A model generated the notes under the pieces. That model saw nothing but the letters and a program-made list of their open reading frames with translations, ran no database searches and had not been told where the DNA came from. The position numbers and the translations under genes were made by a program. From Psilocybe cubensis (lineage: Eukaryota), in contig CM038998.1 in the NCBI GenBank assembly GCA_017499595.2, positions 3,100,001 to 3,164,000 of the forward strand: a stretch of 64,000 nt of DNA, written 5' to 3'. Positions 51,123 through 64,000 of the stretch are shown in pieces (the first letter of the stretch is position 1; each line of letters opens with the position of its first letter).

Positions 51123-52504
51123 TTAATCGATAACTATTGGATTCTCACTGCTACCTGTATTGGAGCTGCTCTGCGATTGATGAGTCAAGAATGAGCCTTG
51201 ACTCGATCCCTGGGGATGATTGTAACCTGGTCCAAAATTGATTGCAGAAGAATTGAGAAAAGGTCGCGGGCGCGAAGGCCGAGGCTGAATTTCGTTTGAA
51301 GGAGGGCCTTGAGCATTCTCATACGTGTTTGTCAGCTGTGAGCATTTCATCTCAGATTGAATGGGCAAAAAAGTTCCTATGTCGAAAGTGTACGCCTATA
51401 TTTTAAGAGTGTTAACATAGACAAGTTACTAGTAAATTCCTGGAAATTTTTACATGATGCGCCGGTTCACCTTTTGCGGGGTTTGAAAAAGATATCTGAT
51501 AAGTAAAGCATTGTTTGATAAATAAGCTTAGCAAGAGAAAATGGATAGATGGTCTACCTGTCTTTGGGTAGACGATAGTTGCATAACCGTTGAGCTGGGA
51601 CCTTCCAGGATTGCACACGCATCAGGGTTGTCGTCTTTAGTTAAATCAATCACTTCAGTGATTTTGAGGGGCTCTACTTCTGATGAGCGTCTGCCTTCTC
51701 TGGCTTTCAAGGATGCCTTTTTTGCATATTTGCGTTGCAGCACCTGTGTAGTAAGTCGCACTATAATTGTAAGCAAGCCATGTGTATAATAATGTGGACT
51801 GAACAAAGCTTACTCTGAATGTTTTTCCCATGTCTTATAGAATGCTCCACATGTAATTTGGGCGCACGAGGGCGTTCTTTACCAGGAAATTTCCAGTGCA
51901 TTGATCTAATCGCGTTGATTCAAACTATAGTGTGGGTCTAGAACAAGGCGTTGAACGTACTCATAAACCTTGTCAGCATGGCCTGCCCGGAGGATCAAGG
52001 CCGTAAAGTATTTTTTGAAATACTCTCCAAACATTTCTGGACCTTGCTCATGATGAAAGGCCGCCATGATAGATTCAAAGATATCGCCCGCTGCTTTGAC
52101 GGGGCTATCTATGGTGCTGGATCCTACTTTGATCATTAAATGAGCGAAAGTAGAATTCGCTTCGAGAACAGAACGAACACGCTGATAGACGACAGATATG
52201 AATGACACGGTGCAATACAGGGAGGAGGAAAAATGACCGTATAAAAGCCTGGAGTTTCGTAGGGGAAATGCTCACTGAGACCATCAGAAAAATGGGAATG
52301 CATCAGAGAGTCGCCTAGGAATTCAAGTCGATCTGCTGTCGAATGATCCCAATTCATCTGTCTCCAGAGTTGCGGCGATATATCAGGAAGCTCGAATCGA
52401 TAGTCAGGACTTTGTATCAACGCAACGAGGTCTCGTTGAACATAATCCAGTATAACCGAATGTTGAAAAGGAAATAACGAACGTTTTTTGCTCGACTTCC
52501 CCAT
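51123..52504 (-). CDS. Stand-alone single-domain RNase III protein (3' exons uncertain)
   Basis: ATG 52504; DRLEFLGDSLM (RNase III signature), then RSVLEANSTFAHL and KAAGDIFESIMAA. Downstream exons give a basic segment, VIDLTKDD and possibly a GSSENPIVID end. Confidence 0.75.
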
Positions 52505-52815
52505 CAGAAACAGCGTCTGTGGAGATAAGATGGAACGTAGTATAAGATGAAGTAGGTGCGAATCCTGCACATCTTGCCCATAGTGGCCTGTGGCCACACA
52601 CGGACCTATCACATGACAGCTGTAGGACTACAATCACTGCTAAAGTTGTGGACCTGGTCTACGGACCTAACAGGTGGTCCATCTATTGGAACACGTGTTG
52701 TCAGTTTTGAACGCGATCGACGTCGTTTATGTTCGTCCTTGTGCGTGAATCCATTGTATGCCAGATCTCAGGAGCATTCCCTCGTCCTCTATAGGCTAGC
52801 TAATCGTCTCTATTC

Positions 52816-55800
52816 ATGGCAACATCCATATCCCAGTCTCGTTCTTTTCCTTTACCCAATACGTCAACTCAAAATAACCCAACTTCGACCCGGCAAGTAC
52901 CAGGGACGAAGCCTGCACCTGTGGATCTCCCTGCTCTTCAAAATGCTAGTCGTGTCTTGATAGACCAGCTTGAAAAGGATGCCCAAATTATCCCTGATCT
53001 CGGAGAAACCTTGACTGCTTGTACGTTCATCTTATCTATTGGGGAACTAAGACTAACTGTCTGCAGCTGGGAGCCAAGCCACTTCTTCTTATAGCATATA
53101 CCCCGACGATATTCGAGTACCATTTCAGAAACGCAAATTTGTAGGGATTCCAGACGGCCTGTTTCAATATTATGAAAGTATGCGAATTTGTGTGTTTTGT
53201 TGTTGTGAATTTAAACTGATGAATTTAGCTGTAAATGTCACTTCGCATATGGGTTTGATGCCCGAAATTGAGAGAGTGTGGATTTCTATCGACCACAAAC
53301 TCTTTCTCTGGGATTACAATGATGGGTGAGCGTCTGTTAAGCGCGTTGTATCCTATGGAGGTTGAATTAGTCCCAGTCAAGAAATTGCTTCCTTCACCGA
53401 CCAACCAGACGTCATCACTGGTGTTGCCCTTGTTAAGCCAAAAACGGGCCTATTCATCGACGATATAACCTATCTTCTTGTTATTTGCACTCCAATAAGC
53501 GTTCTCCTTATTGGCGTCGCCCTGGCAAACCAAATCACACCTGACGGAAAATCACGAAGAGACATTAAACTATATGCCACAGACCTTACCATCTCAACTG
53601 ATATTGAAATGACTTCTGTCGCGGGATCCTCAGACGGCAGAATCTTCATGTGTGGCCAACAGGATGGAAACCTATATGAATTGCATTACCAACAAAACGA
53701 ATCCTGGTTTGGGAAGCGAATTCAACTCATTAATCACTCAGTTGGGAGAGGACACAGCCTGCTTCCGAAGTTTGCAGCAGGCTCCACCGATGGTAAGGCC
53801 TCTCTTTGTAATCCGTTTTCACTTTCACATATTTTCCATTCAGAACGTATCATCTCTGTGGTCTCTGATGTTAAAAGAAATTGCTTTTATACTCTCAGTG
53901 CAACAAACGTTATCACCATGTACGCCCCTGCAGGAGACAAGGGGATCTCACGTATTCAAACACTCCCGTCTCTTTACAAGTCAGCCCAGGAAAAAGCACC
54001 TGGGTCGCCTGCCCTGACTCCAAAGAGTTTTCAAGTTGTCGATATTCACGTTGTTGATCCCTCAGAATCACGTATGGGTATACAACTCATAGCCATTACG
54101 ACAAATGGAGTCCGTCTCTACTTCGCCCCATCATTGTCATACGACTACTCTTATGGGTCTAGCTCTTCATCAGGTGGCATCCGCCAAATTTCCATGGTTC
54201 ACGTACGTTTGCCACCGATGAATTTGATTCACCCGGATGAGCAAGAAAAAGTACATAGACCTGCACCGACTGCGTATGGGATCCCGCAGCCCCCAAAGCC
54301 ATCAACGACAGGAGGATATACCGTATCTTATCTGGATAATACATGTTATGCAAATGGATTAGTTGTAGCAACTCAGGCAGGCGATGTCGATGGAACTGAC
54401 TACATCCTCTGCCTTGCTCCGGACCTCACTCGTATCGGTAACATCGGCCAGCTTAACCTGCCACCGCAGCAGCAGCAGCAGCCCCAGTTTAACAGCTACC
54501 AATACAATGTCGGAAACAACCCCAACAGACGACCGCTCACTGAATATGCTACTGTGTTGACGATACCAGGAAGAACATGGGCAATGGCCTCTGTACCTAA
54601 AGATACTATTTCAACTCCAACTGGCACACCTGCTCCTTCTGGCATAAACGAATTGGCCTCGCAATTTGGAGAATATCCCAATCAATTCATGCTTTTGACC
54701 AATGTAGGATTAACTTTCTTGGTTAAACGGCGAGCATTGGACTACCTTAGGGCAGTGCTAGAAGAATTGCATTCCGAAGGAAACGTTCAGCCTATCATTG
54801 AATTTCGAGATAGGTGCAGATCACTTCTTTTTGTCTGGTCGTCATTGGTACTTAATAATAATTTTAATACCCTGAAGCTTTGGACGAGATCAGACGTGTT
54901 CGATGTTACTTGGTCTTGCCTGTGGCAGTACTTTCTTAGACCCATCCGGTACTTCTACAGCCGGCACTATCAATACTGTCAGCCCCGAAATTGCCGCTGT
55001 TGCTAAACAAGCATTCTATGACTTTGGGGAACGCCCTATTTGGACCGAACGGGTTATGTATGGAACTACCGGTAAGTGACTCATATTAATTATCATCATG
55101 ATCACTTACGAGTTTTAATTGCAGCGGAGAATAAGGGATCAGCTATTTATAGTGGTAGAAGAGAAGGATTCGCTCTCTACTTTGCAAGGCTTGTCAGACC
55201 TTTCTGGAAGAAAAAAATCACAGTTGCCAAGTTCGTATTTATGCGTTTTCTATCCGGGCCGTCTCCAAATCTCATAATTCCAAAGTTCTTCGGGGGTGCA
55301 AGTGTTGAACGCCTCAGAAACTTTGTTACTTAACGTCCAAAAGAATCTTTATGCACTCAAAGAATTTTTGACTCGCAACCCTCATCTGTTCCACTCTTCT
55401 CCGAGCGAACCCACTTCAAGTCGCGCGGTCGTGACCGAACAAGAGGCATGGAAGGTAAGCGATCTTGTTGTTAGACGAAAGGAATTATTGCTTACTTAAC
55501 AAAACTCAGGCTGAGCAAAATTCTGTGTCAGAATTGCAGGTACTTTTGACAAGGACCATAGAGGCACTTTCGTTCGTTTTGCTGCTGAACGATTACAGAT
55601 TTGGAGAGCTTATATCCAAGTAAAGTTACACTATTCAACCGGGAGATATTTAATCTGACGGTTTTTAACTCAGATGTGACGCTGATGTACAAAAGTTGAT
55701 TTTCGACCAATCATTCGAAGGATTGATTACCACTCAGCACGGAATGACAATCTCTAGAGCGCTTGTGAACGTTGTCATCGATCAGCAAATAGGACAGCAA

Positions 55801-57910
55801 ATCAGCGTATGTGACTGACCTTATTATTGGGTGCACCCTCCCCTAAATTCACCTTCTAGGTGGACACTATAAGCGAAGTGTTGCAGCAGAGATGCGGGTC
55901 ATTCTGCAGCACTGACGATGTTATGTTGTATAAGGTACAATTTATGATACACGACACTTCATATTTATTTAACGAACTGTCGCAGGCAAAGGAAAATATC
56001 CGCAAAGCTGCTGAGACTCGAAACCCTAATGAGCGTCAAAAATGTCTTACTGAAGCATTACGGTACGTTTTTATGCCCAAGTACCATTCATCCCATCACT
56101 TACATGAAGTTTAGACTTTTTTCGAAAGGAGCCAAGATCTTGGAGTTTGAGAAACTTAGGGAGATCATTGGCGACTTCCAGCAATTGAATTATGCTAAAG
56201 GTCAGAATACTGTTGTGTCCTACACCTCAAGATAAAAACTGAGTATATGTTAGGCGCTGTCATTCTCCCTCTCACGTGTGCACAAGTTCAAGACGCAGAC
56301 AATGTTGGGCTAGAGTGCTGGTATGCCGGAATGATAGCTGGCGACACTCGCCGTCCACTCGCAGAACAAAGATTACTCTGCTACGATCTCATTTTGGACT
56401 CGTTAACAGTTTTCGAAGATAAGTGTAGCAAACAAAATTCAGAAAGTACCGGCGGTCATCCTGTAGACGACCATGAAACGGTTCGTAGTCATGCATACGA
56501 GCTTGCCTTTGCCAGTGAAGATGAGATGTTCCACTCTACTCTTTATGATTGGTTAATACAACGTAACCTCGCGGACGATCTGTTGGAGGTTTGTTTTCAA
56601 CCAAATCTTCATCTTATTTCTATATCAGTGACATATTATATAGATGAGGCCTGCATACCTGGAGGCGCATCTTAAACGCGAGCCTGCAACTGTCCAAAAG
56701 TTCCAATTACTATGGAAGTTCTATGTGAAGAACGGACAGCCGCTGAGAGCAGCTGAAGTACTTGGCGCGTTAGCGGAGTCAACGCAGTAAATGAGTATTT
56801 TGTATTTTTTTTTCGCTGCGATGCTGATTCCTTTCTTAGGTTTGAACTTCATTTGGACTCTAGACTAGAATGTCTTACTTTGGCCGTCGCGAATGCCAAA
56901 TCACACCCAATTTCAGTTGGAGGCAGACACGAAACAGCGATCGCATTCCTGACAGATTTGGAAGAGAAGCTGGATGTTGCCCAAGTCCAATTAGAGATCT
57001 ATAACACCCTCCTCCCCCATATTGATGATGCTCCCGAAATTGGAAATCGGATAAAATCACTTTCTAATCAATTGTTTACCATGACGGAGGTTAGGTTTAT
57101 ATATCTTATAAAACATAGGTGCTGATCCTTTTCATCTGCAGCTTTACGAAAAATTCGCCATTCCTTTCGACCTGCCCGCAATCAAGCTCTTATGCTTACA
57201 TGTTTCAGAGCATCGGGATGATAACATCGTGAAACCCATTTGGCATCAGATATTCGACGAAAGTTCGTACCAAAAAAATGCTTTTTGTACAGATCGAATA
57301 ACTGATTCTATAACAGTCATGAATGAGACGGATGATCCGGTGGAAAGGGCAGATCTCATTATGGCTCGTGTAATTCCACTTGGTCAGCGCTTCTATCCGT
57401 CGGAAAGCTCATTCCCCACTCGTATGTACCGCAACTTGGTTTTCGATTGCGTTGCCGGCTAAGTTTAATTATTTATACAGGATACATTGCGAATCTCTTG
57501 ATCAAATTTTTGCTGGTCAATAAGGAAGTTCTTCCTATGGGTTGGGCAGCTCGTATTCTTAGACAGTGTAATGTCCGCTTCGCGGAAATATGGGAATTGT
57601 TTCATGAGATGTACGAATCACAAGTACGTCACCATCTCATCGCATTGAGTACCAAATCTCACCTTGGATGCAGGTACCACCGTTCAACGACCAGGCGAAT
57701 GTGCAGGCCATCTCTGGGGAGTTTGCTATCCTAATAACAGATTGGGTGACTGAGGCTACCCGACCCCAGGCTAATGTTCTGCGTGCAGAATTTCCCGTGG
57801 GGCGTGTTGACGCTGCTATCGATCAGTATCTTTCGGAGCTTGAACCTGCTCGCACAGAGACCAAAGCTTTGTACGAGGAAGCTAAACGCCAGCTTCGTAG
57901 ATATTGGTAG
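52816..57910 (+). CDS. NUP170: Nucleoporin Nup155/Nup170
   Basis: HMGLMPEIERVWISIDHKLFLWDY, DGRIFMCGQQDGNLYELHYQ, YSGRREGFALYFARLVRPFW, EDEMFHSTLYDWLIQR and RLECLTLAVANAKS. Confidence 0.93.
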
Positions 57911-58042
57911 GATAGCACAAGATCATTGTAACTGATGTTTGTATATGTATCTGGTGTCATCCTTTCTTTGGCAAATTTTTATTTACTATTAACGAGATAC
58001 ACCACCCGATTATAACATCTACTCGATTAAATATGCCTGATA

Positions 58043-58995
58043 TTAATTGACTTCCAATATGGCATCCTCTGCCCTCAGAAGAATACGTTTTGTCAACTTT
58101 TGAGTGAATCGGTACACTTGATAAAGAGCCCTAAAGATTGGGTGTTAAAGGTTTTCTGGAGATAGACTAAAGAAGTACCTTAAAGCTCCCATGATCAGTA
58201 GGCTGACCACGATTACAGCAGCAATATCTTTTGAGTCTCGGTTTCTGCGGTTACCTCTGTATCGGGCTATCCATTGAACAGGACCGATGAAAGGGGCGGA
58301 AATCAGCATTTGCACTAGCGAAGCTGCCCCCACGAGTGGCAATCCGAGGATGAATCTACGAATAAATCGCCGAACAATGCCTGGTGCTTGTGGGGCAACG
58401 AGATCTTCCAGTGGATCTTTTGGGGACCAAAACCATGATGGGTCCTCGGGTATGTCTTCAAATTCACCGTCTCGTATTATACGAAAGGCTGCTGCTATCA
58501 GATCACTGGCCACTTGGGTAGGGCTTATAAAGAAGTAGAAGTTATCCTCGGAAGGATGGTTGAAAGCAGGCATTAGGAATGTTGTTATAAACGATGCCAT
58601 CATGACGATGATGGTAAAAAGAAGACCAGATATGCCTCCTACGATGACTAAGGAGGGCCGAAAATCAGCGTCATTGCCTTCACATTAAGCAGGGATCGTA
58701 CTGGGGTTGGCTGCCAGGCCGACAATTTGTGTTCTTGCAAATCGGTACTCATAGTGACACTGAGGGCAGGCGAAAAATGCACTCTGTGAAGATGATGTTT
58801 TTCTCCACTGTTCGAGACATTTTACGTGCACGTACTAGAAGGATGTCATCAACAAGTTTGAACGAATTGCACTCAGCTTTACCAGCTCACACTAATAGAC
58901 CCCTTGCAAAGACAGGGGCGAATCAAGCGGCCAAGCTCTGGTTCTGCGTCAACGCCATCGAGACAAATCCTACATTGCTTCTCCTGGTCTGCCAT
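58043..58995 (-). CDS. RING-CH (C4HC3, MARCH-type) membrane E3 ligase-like protein
   Basis: MADQEKQCRICLDG..GRLIRPCLCKG..YVHVKCLEQWR..FFACPQCHYEY followed by hydrophobic TM segments. Confidence 0.88.
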
Positions 58996-59213
58996 CTGTC
59001 GCTGAGGATAGTAGAGAATAGTTGGGGGTCAAAAGTGTAGTGATATAATTACAGAACAATTCGCTCATGCCACGCGACCACCACGGCCGTCATCGTTGTT
59101 CGGCATCGGCTCGCTCACACCAATGCCGAACCTGCGAGTGATCGCATGTCAATACGTTTACATTGACCATTACTTGTTGCTTTCGACATCAGTGGTACTG
59201 GAGTCCATACCGG

Positions 59214-60798
59214 ATGAGCCAAGATGCAGGATACACGAGCATTAGGCTTGCCGGTGCCGTTGCGGGCATGGGTAGTGGTACGCACTTCATTTTCCGCCAA
59301 AGTCATTTCCAACTTACATCGGTTTTCTTGGTTGCAAGGTCTAACAAAAGTTATTTCTGTTCTTGTCTGACTGGCGGTCTGGTGTTGAGGCTGCAACTGC
59401 TACAGGTCGCTGTTGGTCATGGGTATGTAGGTTGAAAGTGAAAAAGTGAGTATGCTTAGATCGTCGTCTCATGAGTATAGGCTCATTGGCTTGTAGTCAC
59501 AAAAGCTCATGGAGCAATGCCCTTTTACACTGAAGATTTGACACAATAAAGACTCGAATGCAATGCTCTCCGTCAGGGACATATCGAGGGGCCTTTGATG
59601 TACTCACTAAAATTGTTAGAAACGAGGTGATTTCAATACAAACATTTGTCAGTCGTATCGCCGTATTTAACATTTGCAGGGAATATTCGCGTTATATAAA
59701 GGGGCAACTCCCCCCGCTGTCGGCTGGACTGCGATAGATTCAGTTTTGCTTGGGTCCCTTCACAATTACCGGTTGTTTCTAATTCGCAACGGAATGACCG
59801 AAATGTCACCATCTGGTATTCCTCGATTGTCGTTATTCGCGCATGGAGTAGCTGGCCTGTTTGCGGGATGGACCAGGTGAGTGCCTAAGTTTCGGGAATC
59901 TTTTTTAATTGAATAACTCCGATTTCGCTTCTCTACAGCGCCCTGGTCGCAACGCCAGTGGAGCTTTTAAAAGGTTTTCATAACTTCTGTAATCTCCATT
60001 TACCGCTCTAAGTATCATTTGCATTACAGTCAAGCTGCAGTTGCAATCACAAAAAATAGTGTCGGATCGACAATTCAAAGGTCCTATAGATTGTGCACGC
60101 CAAATTGTTCGGGTACAAGGAGTGACAGGGCTATGGTCAGGGTTCAGTGGGAGTCTCGCTTTCAGAAGTAATTTCTTCTGGATGTTTCTTTCTTTCGAGG
60201 TGCTCTCAATCCTTTTGGCAGTCGGAAAGTTGATGATTTACCGGCATGTGTCACAAGGCATTAATGCGTGGCTTTTCGACATTGGCAGGGACACCTTACG
60301 AGGTATTAAAACTCGGATTTCGGAATTTTGACATACATACTTAAGCTACAAAAAGATAAGCACAGGGACGGCTAATTTCTTGTCCGGTGGACTCGGCTCG
60401 TTTGTCTTTTGGGCTATGGCAATTCCTTTCGACAATATCAAGAAGTATGTCAAATTGCTTTCTAATATCCATCATTTGCTCTTTTAACCACCATCGCAGT
60501 CGGATGATGGCCCACCCATACCCACAGCCTTACCCCCAATCTGCAATGGGTGCAATATCGGTCTTGAAGCGCCCATCCTTTTTCTATGTAGCACGAAGTA
60601 TCTTGGCCCACGAAGGACCAGCCGGATTCATTCGAGGCCTTGGACCCTGTTTTTTGCGCGCTTTCCCGGTTAATGCTTCTGCTCTGTTTGTGTATGAAGG
60701 GACGATGCGGATTCTAGGTGCAGAACAGGTATTTATAAATTCGGAGTAACCGCACGACCCTTGTGTCTAACAACCCTGCATCGCAGACACGCAATTAA
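59214..60798 (+). CDS. Mitochondrial carrier (SLC25; carnitine/ornithine/Ymc-like subgroup)
   Basis: VGHGFDTIKTRMQ, GIFALYKGATPP, ATPVELLK|VKLQ, FKGPIDCARQIVRVQG, IPFDNIK and RGLGPCFLRAFPVNA; start codon tentative. Confidence 0.88.
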
Positions 60799-61227
60799 TT
60801 AGAGTTGTGATAAACTTGTCCATATAGATTACCTTTACAATACATGTTTTTCTAAGATAAATCTTTCAATGTTTGAGTTCGCACACTATTTCAATTTCAA
60901 TTCGAAACACTAAGTGACGGTTTGTGTAACATGTCTCCTTTTGGGGTATGTCATACCAAATACAGACAATCAAAATAACATGGGTCCATTTTTATCACAG
61001 AAGATCAAGTAAGAAATTTTTTGTTGTGGTGTTAGTAGTAACGAGAATTTGAGAATGTCAATATGTGATGACGTCCTCTACACTCTTGAAATCTATCTAG
61101 ACTCTGGAATCTATCTCTATACTCCAGTGGGTCATTGGCAGAAGGCTAAGTATTTTATGTACATCATTACTTCATTCTAAACCAAGAAAGACGCCGAAGG
61201 GCAACGTTTAGCGAATATTTGTTTGAG

Positions 61228-62212
61228 TCAAAGGTAACAGCGAGAGAAGGTACTCGGCGGAAGAGCACATGGCCAATTTCCTCGGCCAATGGCCGCCTCC
61301 CATGCATCTGCGTCGCTTCGATAAAGATCCAAAGCCGCACGAGCATTCTCAACCTAGATCCAGGCGCAATTTGTGAGCGGTACTCTTCATAACCCTGTAT
61401 TGTGCCTGCCGAATAACACTGACCGGGTTTATCTGTCCCTCTTGGCAGCGCCTTGACATGAGTTGCCACATGAGAGTTTGGAGTCCAATTGTTTGGCTTG
61501 GGCTTCTCAAGGCGTTGCGAAATGGCTATGTAGGTAGTTTCGATATCAGATATTGAACCGGGAAACTTGAGAAAAATAGAAACAAAAAGGTAAACTAACC
61601 ATATATAGTCCCACGTCGCGAGTGTCGATCGCCCGATGGGGCAAGCCAAGAACTGTGGACGGGTCGAAAAAGAAGGTTAATGCTCGAACTTCAACCAAAG
61701 TTAAATGGTTAGATTCAGCCTCACCAGCGAGATCATTCCAAAGACTATGACCGACCAAGATTTTTCCTCTAAAAAATTGAGAACAGTGCCTTTGAATATC
61801 GGCAAAAGACATCGCTTCCGCTATCAACAGTGTATGAGTTATCCACGACCCTGCACGGTGAAAAAACATAACCCTTACCAGAATTTAAATGTTCGTGAGT
61901 AATTCCCGTTTGCTGTGTCCGATAGTCTGTCACCTAAGGGGTAGATAATAATATTTAGGGTTTTTGACGAATTTACGTCAAACACTTTGACTTACCGTTG
62001 TAGTAGGCGTGACATATGTGTCGAAAATCGTTGCGCCGCGATAGTCCACAATGGCGAGACGTCTATCAAACCATGGGTCAGTTGAAGAGACGCGCGTGGA
62101 ACTAGTTTCGTTGAGGAAAAAAGACTTGCGCAAGTAAGCTGGTCGTTCCACCAGGACCGACCCCAACAACAGTGCACGAGATGGCAATGAAGCGGTCGAT
62201 TGAAGGAGCCAT
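61228..62212 (-). CDS. REX4-like DEDDh exonuclease-fold protein with degenerate active site
   Basis: MAPSIDRFIAISCTVVGVGPGGTTSLLA|RLAIVDYRG..|VTDYRTQQTGIT..GKILVGHSLWNDLA|VLGLPH..DTRDVGLY..|VENARAALDLYRS; seven exons. Confidence 0.8.
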
Positions 62213-64000
62213 CTTTGAGATATACGAGAGCGAGATAATGCTTTGGATGGCGCTTGCCGCCAGTCATCCTGGTCTTATAAACATTTTCGGCAGTGCCGTA
62301 TGTATGTCTATGGGTTCTCGTATGATACACTCTTGAATGGAGTCCTGCGTGACTGGAAACAAAGTTATGGACAGGGTGCAACGTATCATGGCATGTTCGG
62401 AAGGGGAATTGGAGGCATGCCGCAAGAGATTTCGAAATGACACCAACTAAACGACAAGTGTGAGCAGTATTGGATAACAAAAAACCTGAAAGATACCACG
62501 TCGAGAAGACCGAAGGAGGCAGAAAGCGCTGACCCTGTCCAAGTTAGATTTCACAGATTTTTTTCAAGATTGTACAGCTTTAGATGCAGATGAAGGAAAT
62601 GACGATCTACTCCCGGTTCAATCGCGCGCTTTGAGCGATAAATTCCGAGTATATGCGCCAGGTTTAACAGACTTCTGCAGGGAAGCGAGTTCACTAAAGG
62701 CATGTGGCGCAAACGAACCTGGAAGGTAAGTCAACAGTCCATAACAGTCCATGTAGGAACTGAGAGAACAACGATATGGAAAGGATAGAGCTGTATTTGA
62801 CCGAGTACACTCCCTTCGCATGAAGATCAGAGTGTACATGCCGCCAAAGCAAAAGGGAATTTAATGAGCTTCGCCAGATACGGATCACGAAATCAGCGGG
62901 GTTTTCAAATGAAAAACCTCAGCAAGAAGGATGACGTCTTGAAAAAAGCGTAAAGCCTTTTTGCTTATGGTACCGTCGGCGTCCTCTAGGTTTGAAGGTA
63001 ACGAGCGGCTGGCGACAATCTCCCAAGGAAAGTTGCTTGGTTATTCGGCTTGTGAAGCCTGGGCGCCAACTATTTACACTAGCCTTCTTAGGCAGATACG
63101 CGTCGAATATTGCTCCTCCTCAAAAGAACGAGATAGCTTTCCAATGCGGATATAAGTCAAAAGTTGACAGTAGAGCCCCCAAGAAGTCAATCCCTCGTCA
63201 CCGTGACAGGGAACTTGGTAGTCAATCGAGAATTTTGAATTGATCATCATCAACTCCTGAATGGTAGATGACTAAGGTTATCCACTGAGATCTTTTTCGG
63301 CTCTTTTCTTCAGGACCGTTTTCTGTAATAATGTTGGAAATATAAGGTGCATACTTTGTAGAGGGTGTAATCTCCATATAGTTCTATAATTATTGCTGCC
63401 ATGTGGACGGTGAAGCTTATTGGATTAACCTAGGCTAACGTTACTTAGCTTGATTGGCGCTCAAATTTAAAGTCAGTTCTTGCCGTATATTTTTGTTGCA
63501 TTTTGATTGTGAGTTTCACGATCCGCGCCTTTGCCCACAACATCACAACCCTGCGTGTCCATAGTTCTTATGGTTGTCACTAAAACTTCTTGTAATAGCA
63601 GCTCCACCTTTCGTAGACACATACATTGGGAGTAAATGGAAATCACGAAAACATTGAATGTACACAACTATGTGGGATTGAACCACTGGTTTGGCTAGAT
63701 TTTAAGACAAAATAGGAAGTGCAAACTCCCGAGGCGATAATTTAACCAAATGCCGTGGTCGAGGAATAGCGTTAGCGAACAACATAATAAGGGCCATGAA
63801 TATCATGTACGTTGTCTTAGATATTTCGTCCGGCACCTTTCCTCTTCTTGAGAAAATTCCTGAGTTTTCCCCTCAGTCGAGTCCACAACCGTGTTTCTCG
63901 GCCGTACTTAGGGTACAATTCGCGTGGGGGAAAATGAATATGCCACCCTGGACGTCCTCTGTCCACCCCGTTGGCCATAACCTCTTCATGTAATCGCCGC

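Noticed and set aside
62400-64000. Short ORFs and a weak inverted repeat near 62895-62922
   Set aside because: No coding signal or convincing structure; treated as intergenic.

Overview
Intron-rich, gene-dense eukaryotic DNA. Short (~50-60 nt) spliceosomal introns, micro-exons and the gene content point to an agaricomycete (mushroom-forming basidiomycete) fungus. About 29 protein genes are supportable. Housekeeping genes include ESF1, an EED-like WD40 gene, NDUFA11, RPS16, mitochondrial uL4, RAD51, SER3, HIS7, PAL1, sphingolipid delta-8 desaturase, RPL13, TAF5, MAD2, NoxA, NUP170/155 and a mitochondrial carrier; many sit in compact head-to-head pairs. The stand-out is a secreted Kex2-processed repeat protein (KEP) gene at 2425-3388. 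It has a signal peptide and 11 dibasic-delimited copies of a 21-aa peptide (AVNTIPAEEATKAPNGVIQPY) whose amino acids are nearly invariant while third codon positions vary, suggesting an uncharacterised secreted peptide system. Also notable: a 701-bp hAT-type MITE with an exact 8-bp TSD between two paralogous PPxY-tailed membrane-protein genes; a stand-alone single-domain RNase III gene; a Bck1-like kinase with a normally N-terminal motif placed after the kinase; a REX4-like pseudo-nuclease; a two-BRCT/Myb Rap1-like gene; and a perfect Gcn4/CpcA site in the shared SER3-HIS7 promoter. Gene boundaries were derived by hand from splice signals and are approximate where stated. No database searches were run.
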